NCBI RefSeq assembly: GCF_963921235.1 | Contig: NC_086108.1 | Span: 47,060,001 to 47,124,000, forward strand | Reading direction: 5' to 3' | Length of the DNA: 64,000 bases | Origin: Mobula hypostoma | Lineage: Eukaryota | Part shown: in pieces, positions 13,165-23,885 of the stretch | Layout of the letters: each line of letters starts with the position of its first letter | How positions within the stretch are numbered: the stretch's first letter is position 1 | Notes under the pieces: model-generated | The model's input: only the letters and a program-made list of their open reading frames with translations | Databases searched by the model: none | What the model was told of the DNA's origin: nothing | Position numbers and translations under genes: made by a program

Positions 13165-14460
13165 TGCATCGATATATTAGGACCAGGTTAGGTCCTCAGA
13201 GATCTTGACACCCAGGAACTGGAAACTGCTCACACTCTCCACTTCCAGTTCTGAGGATTAGTATGTGTTCCTTTGTCTTACCCTTCCTGAAGTCCACAAT
13301 CAGTTCTTTTGTCTTACTGACGTTGAGTGCAAGGTTTTTGCTGCGACACCACTCCACTAGTTGGCATACCTCACTCCTGTATGCCCCTGCATCTCCATCT
13401 ATGATGCTACCAACAATGGTTATATCAACAAATTTATAGAGGGTATTTCATCTATGCCTAGCCACATAGTCATGGGTATAGAGAAAGTAGAGCAGTGGGC
13501 TAAGCACACACCCCTGAGGTGCTCCACTGTTGATCATCAGTGAGGGTGAGATATTGTCACCAATCCGCACAGATTGTGGTCTTCTGGTTGGGAAGTCGAA
13601 GTTGAGGATCCAGTTGAAGAGGGAGGTACTGTAACTTCTCAATCAGGATTATGGGAATGATGGTGTTAAATGCTGAGCTATAGTCGATGAACAGCATCCT
13701 AAGATGGGTGTTTTTATTGTCCAGATGGTATAAGGCTGTATGAAGAGCCATTGACCGGTCTGCTGTTGACCGATTGTGGCGATAGACAAATTGCAATGGG
13801 TCCAGGTCCTTGCTGAGGGAAGATTTCAGTCTAGTCATGACCAACCTCTCAAAGCATTTCATCACTGTTGATGTGAGTGCTACTGAGCCATTGTCATTAA
13901 GGCAGCTCACATTATTCGTCTTAGGCACTGGTATAATTGTTGCCTTTTTGAAGCAAGTGGGAACTTCCGCCCGTAGCAGTGAGAGGTTAAAAATGTCCTC
14001 GAGTACTCCTGCCAGTTGGTTGGCACAGGTTTTCAGAGCCTTACCAGGTACTCTGTCGGGACTTTCCACCTTGCAAGCGTTTCCTCTCTTTAAAAGGCAG
14101 CCGAACGTCGGCCTCCGAGACAAATCACAGGATCATTGGGTGCAGCAGCGATCTTCACAGCTTTAGTTATATTCTCCCTTTCAAGCAGAAGGCGTGAGTT
14201 CATCTGGTATTGAAACATTGCTGCCATTCTTGCAATTGGGTTTCGCTTTGTAGGAAGTAATGTCTTGCAAACCCTGTCAGAGTTGTCGTATATCGGATGT
14301 AGCCTCCTTCCTTGTTCAAAATTGTCTCTTCACCCTGGAAATAGCCCTCCACAATCATACTTGGTTTTCTGATACAGATCTGGGGCGCCAGCCTTGAATG
14401 CCACAGATCTAGCAGACACCATACCTCCTGGTTCATTAGTTTGGGAATGTACAGCATGAC
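13165..14460 (-). mobile_element. Rex1/Babar-like LINE RT remnant
   Basis: [48 protein letters not shown], with frameshifts. Confidence 0.9.
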
Positions 14461-14489
14461 TTTGTAGCACAGAATTCCAGCTAGTACAG

Positions 14490-15365
14490 TCACAGGCTAC
14501 TCAATCCCTTCTCATAGTCAAACCCCCTCACCTCTTGAATCAACCTAGTGAACCTCCTCTGCACTGTCTCCACAGCCAGTATATCCTTCCTCAAGTAAGG
14601 AGACCAGAACTGCATGCAATACTCCACGTGCAGCCTCACTAGTACTCTGTACAGTTGCAGCATAACCTCCCTGCTCTTAAATTCAATCCCTCTAGCAATG
14701 AAGGCCCACATTTCATTTGCCGCCTTGATAGCCTGCTGCACCTGCATACCAATCTTTTGTGATTCATGCACAAGATTACTTCTGTTCTAAAGGGTTGCCC
14801 ATCAAGTTTGTGGCTGTCTCCCTCTCATTCTGGATATCCCCACCATAGGAAGCATCCTCTCCACATCCACCCTATCTTGGCCTTTCAAAATTCGGTAGGT
14901 TTCAATGAGATTCCCCCCCCCACCCCTCCCGAACATTCTTCTAAATTCCAGTGAGTACAGGTCCAAAGCTGCCAAATGCTCTCGTATGTTAACCTTTTCA
15001 TTCCTGGAATCATCCTCATGAACCACCTCTGGACTCTCTCCAATGACAACACATCCTTTCTGAGATATGGGCACAAAACTGTTGATAATGCTGCAAGTGC
15101 GGCCTAAGTAGTGTCTTAAAAGCCTCAGCATCATCTCTTTGCTTTTATATTCTATTCTCCTTGAAATAAATGCCAGCATTACTTTTGTTTTCTTTACCAC
15201 TGATTCAACCTGTAAATTAACCTTCTGGGAGTCCTGCACAAGGACTCCCAAGTCACTCCCAAGTCCCCCTGCAGCTCTGATGTTTGAATCTTCTCCCCAT
15301 TTAGGTAATAGTCTGCACTATTGTTCCTTTTACCCAAATGCATTATTGTACATTTCCCAACATAG
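14490..15365 (-). mobile_element. Two adjacent CR1 3' fragments
   Basis: IARGIEFKSREVMLQLY...EYCMQFWSPYLRKD motif occurs twice (14490-14771 and 14800-15365). Confidence 0.8.
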
Positions 15366-16717
15366 TATTCCCTAAGATATTTCACAAAAAACAAGGAGGG
15401 AGGTAAAGGAGGTGTGGGAGAGGCATTTCTAATTAGGGATAATATCAGGCTGTAGAAAGGAAGGATGTCGTGAAGGGATTACCTATTGAGTCAGTGTGGG
15501 TGGAACACAAGAACAAGAAAGGAGCTAACACACTATTGGGAGTATCTTATAGACCGAACAATAGTAAAAGAGATACTGGAAAACAGATCGGGAGGCAAAT
15601 TTTGGAAAAGTGCAAAAATAATCGGGTTGTTGTTCACCTTCCCTAATATTGATTGGCACCTCCTTAGGCTTAGATGGGGTAGAATTTATTGGGTGTATCC
15701 AGTAAGGATTCCTGACATAATATGTGGATAGGCTGATGAGAGGAGAGGTCATAATGGATCTGGTGCTAGGCAATGAACCTAGTCAGGTGATAGATCTCAC
15801 TGTAGGTGAGCCTTTGACAAACATACAAGTAGGCACAATGGAAAGTATTTAATTGGGTGAGGGCTAATTATGATGCTCTTAGGCAGGAAAATGGAGAGAG
15901 TAGATGTTCTCAGGGAAATGTGGAGGTTTTTTAGGGAGCACTTGCATGGAGTTCTGGATGTCTTGTCGCATTGAGGCAGGGAACGGATAGTAGGTTGAAT
16001 GAACCATAAGAGGTGGAACATTAATCAAGAGGAAGAAGGAAGCTTACTTGAGGTTTCAGAAGCAGAAGCAGAATCAGACAGGATTCGAGAGCTATAAGGT
16101 AGTCAGAAACAATCTTAGGAGGAAATTTAAGAGAGCTCTTGGGGGATATGAGAAGGCCTTGGTGGATTGAATGAAGGAAAACCCCAAGCTGTTTTACATT
16201 TATGTGATCAGCAGGATAGCTAGATTGAGGGTAGGACTGATCAGGAATTGGAAGAGGAGTCAGAGGAGGTAGGGGAGGTTCTTAATTCTTTGCTGCAGTT
16301 TTCACCAGCATGAGAGATCAGTGTAGAACAGACTAGTGTTTTGGAGCATGTTGATGTTGAGAGAGGATGTTTTGAAACTTTTGAAAAAATGTTAGGATGG
16401 ATAAGTTTCTGGGGCTGGACAGGACATACCCCAAGTTGCTGTGGGAAATGTTGGAAGGGATTGATGCACCATTGGCGATTATCTTTATGTCCCCACTGAT
16501 CACAGGAATGGTACCAGAAGATTAGAGGGTGGAAAATGTTATTTCTTTGTTCAAAAAGCTCATGAGGATAACCCTGGGAATATGGACCAGGTGAGTCTTT
16601 CTTCAGCGGTGGGCAAACGACTAAAGAGGATTCTTAGAGACAAGGTTTACAAGCATTTGGAGAAGCAAAGTCTGACTGGGGATAGTCAGAGTGGCTTTGT
16701 GAGGGTCAGGTGTGCCT

Positions 16718-17112
16718 TGTTAGAGTGATTTTTGGATCATTTACATTTAGCAAATGGCTTTGGTGACCAGTCTTCTGTTCCTTGAAAATGTTTTGTGGAT
16801 TTAATTAGAAACATTGCGTCCCCAGAAGCTGTGAATCTCAGTCCACAGACGATGCCGGTGTCTGTGGGATGGATATGAATCAGAAGATGTGAAGTTTGCA
16901 TGTAGTTTTAAACGACAGCATTGTCTATACTTTGTAAATATGGAATTATCATCTGTGTTTAGCAAATAAATATTGAGCCCCATGTTGGGCCAACACACCT
17001 TTCCACCGAAAGCGTCTTCACATGATCCCTGCTGTACCTTGTTTTGTTGAATAAAGAAGCAGCTTTGTATCTACCAGTAACTCTCTCTGGCGATTTCATT
17101 CACACAATAACA
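16718..17112 (+). mobile_element. Solo LTR (395 bp)
   Basis: TGTTAG...ATAACA termini with short inverted repeat. 5-bp TSD tgcct at 16713-16717 and 17113-17117. AATAAA at 17050-17055. The CR1 sequence is continuous across it. Confidence 0.85.
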
Positions 17113-17268
17113 TGCCTCACAAGCCTGATTAACATTTTTAAGGAAGTGACAAAGCATATTGATGGAGGTAAAGCATGGCTGTGGTGTATATGGATTTTTG
17201 TGAGGTATTTGACAAAGCTTATTTAGAAAGTCAAAAAGCATGAGATCCAAGTTAACTTGGCTGCATGA

Positions 17269-17473
17269 CACATCAAAGTTGCTGGTGAACGCGGCAGGCC
17301 AGGCAGCATCTCTAGGAAGAGGTACAGTCAACGTTTCAGGCCGAGACCCTTCGTCAGGACTCGCCTGAAACGTCGACTGTACCTCTTCCTAGAGATGCTG
17401 CCTGGCCTGCTACGTTCACCAGCAACTTTGATGTGTGTTGCTTGAATTTCCAGCATCTGCAGAATTCCTGTTG
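17269..17473. mobile_element. PLE terminal-repeat-only insertion forming an inverted repeat
   Basis: Arms 17268-17341 and 17363-17436 (about 3 mismatches in 74 bp), near-identical to about 57870-57965. 12-bp TSD ttggctgcatga at 17257-17268 and 17474-17485. Confidence 0.9.
17326..17361 (-). ncRNA. Minimal type-I hammerhead ribozyme motif (PLE-associated)
   Basis: Minus strand reads agtc-CTGACGA-agggtctcggcct-GAAA-cgtt-gact. Confidence 0.7.
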
Positions 17474-18539
17474 TTGGCTGCATGAATTTGGAACTGGCTT
17501 GCTCACAGAAAGTAGAGGATGGTAGTAGATGAAGTGTTTTCAACCTGGATGCCCATGACTAGTGGTGTTCTGTAGGGATTGATCTGTCCTGGGATCCCTG
17601 CTCTTTGTCACTTTTATAAGTTACTTGGATAAGGAACTGGAAGGGTGGGTTAATAAACTTTGCAGATGGTTTGAAGATTGCTTGTGCCGTGGATAGTGTG
17701 GAAGGTTGTTTTAGGTTACAACAGGGTATTGGTAGGATGCAAAGTTGGGCTGAAAAATGACAGCTGGAGTTCCAACCAGAAGAGAGTGAAGTGATACACT
17801 TTGGAAGGTGGAACCTGAAGGTGGAGTACAAAGTTAATGACAGGATTCTAAGCAGTGGAATCCTGGGGCCCACATCCATTGATCTCTCAAAGTCACTACA
17901 CGTTAATAGGTTGGTTAGGAAAGCATATGGTATGTTGGCCTTCATTAGTCAGTGGATTGAGTTCAAGAGCTGTGAGGTAATGTTGCAACTCTTTTAAACT
18001 CTGCTTAGACCACACTTGGAGTATTGTCTTCAGTTCTGGCTGCCTCATTATAGGAAGGATATGGAAGCTTTAGAAAGAGTGTAGAGATTTATCAGGATGC
18101 TGCTTGGATTGGAGAGCACATTTTATGAGGATAGGTTGATCAAGCTAGGGCTTTTTCCCTTGGAGCAATGGAGGATGAGAGGTGACTCAATAGAGGTGGA
18201 AAGATGAGCATAAGTAGAAAAGACAGCCAACACCTTTTTCACCGGGTGGCAATGGTGAATATGAGAAAGTACAATTTTAATGTGATTGGAGGAAAGTATA
18301 GAGGGGATGATAGAGGTAGATTTTGTTTTACACAATGTGGTAAATGCATGGATAATAGAGGCTGGTGCATTAGAGATATTTAGGAGACTCTTAGATAAGC
18401 ATATGGATAAAAGAAAAACCAGAATGCATTTGAGAGGAAAGCTATCTATTGATCTTGGAGTAGGTTAAAGTGTCAGCACAACTTGGTAGAGCAAAGGAGC
18501 CTGTACTGTTCAGTGTTCTCTACCTGGTGTTGTCTACTG

Positions 18540-18779
18540 CAGGGGTCCCCAGCCTTTTTTTGCACCACGGACCGGTTTAATATTAACAATATTCTTGCGG
18601 ACCGGCCGACGGGGGTGGGGGAGGGGTATTTACGTTCAACAGTGCATGACAGGGAACGTGGAAGGGTGCAGCTGACTCGTATCATTTCATATCGCCAAAT
18701 CATATTGCTTTCTCGCGGCCCGGTAGCACATGCTTTGCGGCCTGGTACCGGTCCGCAGCCCGGTGGTTGGGGACCGTTG
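18540..18779. mobile_element. hAT (Charlie-like) MITE
   Basis: Termini caggggtccccagcc and ggttggggaccgttg. Perfect 8-bp TSD gtctactg at 18532-18539 and 18780-18787. Confidence 0.9.
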
Positions 18780-20629
18780 GTCTACTGAGCAATCAAACAC
18801 CAACTTCCAGAAGGGCTCTGGATTACACAACTATATGACAAGTGCTGAATGGAATTACCTCGATGCCTTCTGTTTGTTTCTCTCTATGGTAACCTTAAGA
18901 TGTTTATATTGTTGGTTATATAATGGAAAGAGTGCTTATGTTATTGATATCTATAAATCCATAGTTATTGCAGTAAATTGAAAGTGGCTGTATTTAATTT
19001 GTTTTACAGCTAATGATTGGTGCACTGGTGGTTTAGACATTGTGATTTTTTATGAATTCAATTTAAAATTACAGAAACTATTAAAATCAATAATTGTGTT
19101 AGTGGTGGCTGTGGTGGAGGCAGGATTGCCCATAATCAATGGAATGATCAAAATGATCTGAGTAGTTTATATTTTCTGATCAAGCATGACTTGTTTCTGC
19201 TTGATTACTTTTGTTTCTGAGAATGAGGCAATTACAGGATGAATTGTTTTCCATTTGTCCTGTAAGTTAACTCTAAATCATGAAACTCTTCCTATTGAGG
19301 TGCAGCAATGCAATAAGAATGATTGAAATAAGTAATTGTGATGATACAGCCTTGATTATTGTAGTCTGCATTGATTTGTGATCTCTTGTGGACCCATTGT
19401 TTAAGAGCATGGACTGCATGCTACCTTGAATCAGATGCAAGATGAAAGTTAATTTGTACAGGCCTCCAAATTTGGGAAGGATGTGTCACGATCTGTTTTG
19501 ACAGACAAGTCAAATGCTTTCCTGGGGTGATACAAGACCACTTATTAAATTTTGAGGAGGGCAGCTCTTTGGCTGCCAGACCAAAGGTGAGGACGACTTT
19601 TGCAATGATATTTCCTTTATTAGGGTAGTAAAGGGACTTCTCTGTAGTTAATTTAATTGGATTTGTTTTCCTCCTTGAAGATGGTTATTGATGATGAAAT
19701 CTACTGGCACGTTCTCTTCTCAGACATGGTTGACAGGCTTGTGAGTTTGTGAATGCAATTGTTTGTGACTCGGTTTTGATTTTCAGCAGGACGCCTTCTG
19801 CTTTTGAAATTTTGTTTTTAAGTTGGTATATGTTTTTTTTGTTTTCTTTGTTGGCCTTCATGACAGCATAGCTGGATTGAATATTTAGATTTGAAACAGA
19901 ATCAAGTGTATTCGTGTACAATACATGGTCATAGTTGAGTTCTTTGAAGTTTCCTTTACAGTGGGCAACAAAGCTTTTAGCTCTCAGAGGCATAGACACT
20001 TGGACATTTTGGGGGCTGGCTGGCCCTGACAATGCTGAAGAATCTAATGTGTCATGGTTACCACTAAACTTTTCCTAATTTTTAACCCAGCCCCATTCTT
20101 ATGTTCTTTAGGTCCTGGACTTCCTTGTGAACTAAGGCAAAGTGACACTGCTCTTGCCTTGAATCCTGTTTGTGCTTGAATTCCTTCTTCAGTAGTTCTC
20201 ATTCTCCATTTTTCTTCTCAGGCTCCCTCTAACTTACTTTTGGTTCTCTCCTTCCCTGCATCAGGCAGCCCTCAATTTATTTAATCTGATCTTCTGTCAC
20301 ACAACTTTTCTCCCCATCCTCACTAAGTACCTTTCCAGCTCCTAACGATTGGCCTTCTCTTCACTGTGACTACTCTGAGATCATCCTTGATTCCCTCATG
20401 CATGTCCATGCTTGTCCCTCACTGAAGAGCAATGCCATTATTGCTTGACCAGGGTGCAGGGCGCAGCCTCAAGTCAGCATGCCTCCTGCACTGTATACTG
20501 TACACTGCAAGTAGCACATAGTTGCTTTAAGGTGAGTTCTAAAGCAGTGTTGCTTAGAAAGTTACATGTAACTAAGGAAAGAAAAAAGTTTGCAATATCT
20601 TATCGTTTTAACTGTGAATAATAGTGTAT

Positions 20630-21660
20630 CGGGCAGCATCGTTGGAGGGAAATGGACAGCTGATGTATCAGCTTGAGACCCTGAATAATAGAGGGCATAG
20701 GTCCATAGGTGAGGAGTGTCTGGGGAGTGATAAACAGATGGAGGTGGAAGGAGTGGGAATAGTGTCAGAAACTGGGAAGTGATAGGTGGATGTAACAGGG
20801 CTGAAAATGATGGAGGTTGAATGGAGAGGAATGTGGAGCAAGGAACTAAGGGAGGGTGCTAGGGAGTCCAAAAGGGGAGAAGAAACAGTGGAAGGATTGT
20901 GTGGTTAATGGGCCCTGGATGATGAGGGAGAAGGTGTAGGAACAAGTTCTCCTTGTGGTTACAGAGGAGAGTGCTTAGGGATTGAGGGAGACGGGTGGGA
21001 ATAGATGAGCAGACCAGGGATAGTGGAGAGAGTGTCCTAGCAGAGGGGTCAGTGTAAGTTGTGATTGGTGGTGGTATCCCAATTTAGTTGGTGGAACTTG
21101 TAAAGAATGATGCATTAGTGGGTAGGGCGATCAGTGAAAAATAGGGGAAATTTCTATCCTTATTTTGCCTGGGGTGGAGTTGTGTGGAGGGGGAAGGCAA
21201 AAGGGCTACCTTCCTCTCCTATCAGATTCCACCACCTTCAGCGCTTTCACACTTCCACCTATTACCTTCTAGCTTCTGATGCTGTTCTCACAGTCCCTCT
21301 ACCTACTAACCCATACATCTTTGGAATGTGGGTGGAAACTGGAGCACCCAGAAGAAACCCATGTGGTCATAGGTAGGACGTACAACTCCTTCGAGACAGT
21401 GGTGGAATTGAACCAGGGTCGCTGGCGCTGTAATTGTGTTACTCTAAATGCTCCCCTACCATACTGCATACTCTTGCTCCACACCTTCTCTTCACTTTTT
21501 TTATACTGCTGTTTTCCCTCTGTCTTCCAGTCCAGGCGAAGAGCCCTGACCCAAAACCTCAATGTTCATTTTTCTTCATAGATGCTGCCTGTCCCACTGA
21601 GTTTCTCCAACTTTTTGTGTGTTACTCCAGATTTCAGCATAGCAGTCTCTTTGGTTTTCA
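20630..21660. mobile_element. Decayed PLE with inverted segments and a nested SINE fragment
   Basis: 20630-21200 resembles the PLE terminal region on the minus strand and 21208-21660 on the plus strand (ends gatgctgcctg...ccagatttcagcat). SINE-like block at about 21300-21460. Confidence 0.6.
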
Positions 21661-22949
21661 TGATACTGATATACTGATGTTATTTCAGTAAAACCTTTTA
21701 TCGGAGTGCTTGATGTCGTCATATGCGTAAAAGAGACTTAACATATGGGAGAAAAACAGGTGGCAATCCTGGATTAATATAGTAAGAGAAGCTTATAGAA
21801 CTTGAAGCATGAAGATGCAGTTTTGCCATTTTACTGTAAAATGCTTAGACTAAATTATTGATTTCAATCCAAAGTGAGGTCCAAGTAGATACTGCAGGAT
21901 TTAAGCTAAATCATAATCATTGAGTACATTTAAGTTCCTGAGAAGGCTTATGAAATTTGAATGGTCAGAGGAATAGAGAGATATCTCTGCACATTTGAAA
22001 ATTGCTTTGAACTATGGCCTAATCATGTGCTGTATGAATCCAGCCTAGACTGAATAAACCAGACTTGGAAGTGTGAATATATGTCTAGTTCAGAGCCATT
22101 GGACTAAGTCAGGACTGTGTCAGTGTCTGTGTCTCGTCTTCTGCATATTCCTTTTGTTTAAAATTTGAGAGATCTGGGTGAAAGGCCAAGTGCTTTAATA
22201 TAAGATACTGTCATATGTTAGGAGACAATTCTTCAATCAGGATGCCAATATTAGATGCCAACTTCTGTCACCTGATCCATACTAAGATAAACTAAATAAT
22301 TTGCAATGGAAGATTAATGTTTCTCTCAAGCTGTAATCCTTTTATTTTATTGACTGATATTTAAAAATACTAACTGATGTTCATCAAGTGGATGCATTTT
22401 GTAGAGTAGGGTACTTTTATGTATCAAAGATTTTAAATGTTAAACAATATCCATGTTTGAGCTTTAATTGGCAATGGTTTCCCTTGCCATAATATATCCA
22501 TTATTTTACGCATGATCAGTCCATCACAGTTAAAGCCCTGCCTACCATTGAGCTCATCTACATGGAGCATTGTTGCAAGAAAGCAGCATCATCAGGAACT
22601 CACACACTCAGGACATGCTCTCTTCTTGCTACTGCCATCAGGAAGAGGGTACAAGACCCTCAGGACTCTCACCACCAGGCTCTTGAACCAGAAAGATAAC
22701 TTCACGCAACTTGCCCCGTCACTGAGCTGTTCCCACAACTTGCTGAGTTCCTCCAGCAGCACATTTATGTGTTGTTCCAGTTTGCTGTGCTATTCCCCAT
22801 ATGCTACTGTCACCCTGTAGTACTAGTCACTTGCCCAGTAATTCCATATAGTACTGACTTGATTGCACAAAGTCTCGTTTTTGCTGTGTACTATACCAGC
22901 AGTTATGGTTGAGATGACAATAAAAAGTGACTTGACTTGACTTGACTTA

Positions 22950-23885
22950 GGCTATGTCCACACTGGACTGGATAATTTTGAAAACGCCGGTTTCGCGTAA
23001 AAATGATAGGCGTCCACACCAAGCGTTTTTGAAAATACCTCCGTCCACATTAAAATGGCTATTTGGGTGAATCTCCTTCTACTGGGCATGTGCAGGACAG
23101 ATCTACAGAAAACAAGCAACATGTTTTGTGTCAAATCTCGCTGTGAAAGTGCACGTTTGTGCAGTTACAGACTGGAAAAACTTAAAAGGAAATTGCCAAA
23201 ATGCGGACAGCTGTTGGCTCTCGCGCAGGAGGACTTAAAACTAAAAAAAAACAAATACTGGAGTGTATGGAGGCAACCGACAGGGAGTTCACGGACAGTA
23301 TGACCTGGTTGATGACGAACATTGAAAACCTGACTAACTCTGCATTAATAAAGCATCTTGTTAAATGTATAAAACATGTCTGCATCAGTGTTATCTTGTA
23401 TTTCCATACAGTGTTACATCAGGCTGTTACACATCTATTGTCAGAGAAGTACTTGCATAAATAGGTAAACGGCCTTCACACAAGCAAGGACAGTAAACAG
23501 GGCAAAGTGAGTATACTTATTTATTCAGTAAGTTATGGGCCAAAGTATTTGGTGAGTACATTTCTAACTCTTCTGGCTTCAGTCTTGTTGCCGTCTGCTC
23601 TGAAATTGTTAGGTTGTGTGGGAGTTGCATTCAAGAAAACAATGAAATGCCGCGCTGCCGCCACCATCTGTTTCGGCACGTATTGACAGCATTTTTAGAA
23701 ATCTCTGGTTACCCCGTCCACACTACTCTGCCCAATCGGCATTTTCAAATTTACACACTCCGGAGAGCATTTTTGAAAAGCTCTGTTTTCGGGGGAGGAA
23801 AATGCTGTTTCAGTGTGGATGGAGGGTCAAAACGAAGAGAAAAAGCTTTGGTTATGGATTTATCTGGTCTAGTGTGGATGTAGCC
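22950..23885 (+). mobile_element. Non-autonomous PIF/Harbinger element (936 bp, both ends present)
   Basis: TIRs ggctatgtccacactggactggataa and ttatctggtctagtgtggatgtagcc. TTA TSD at 22947-22949 and 23886-23888. Confidence 0.9.

Larger units (their letters stand above)
15385..18520 (+). mobile_element. Old degenerate CR1 LINE interrupted by a solo LTR and a PLE mini-insertion
   Basis: Remnants FPNIDW, HFGRWN and RKAYGMLAFISQWIEFKS, colinear in reverse with the CR1 at 713-3165. Confidence 0.8.

Noticed and set aside
19553..19592. Donor-like AAG|gtgagg as another first exon
   Set aside because: In-frame TGA at 19553 in the required phase and no ATG after it.
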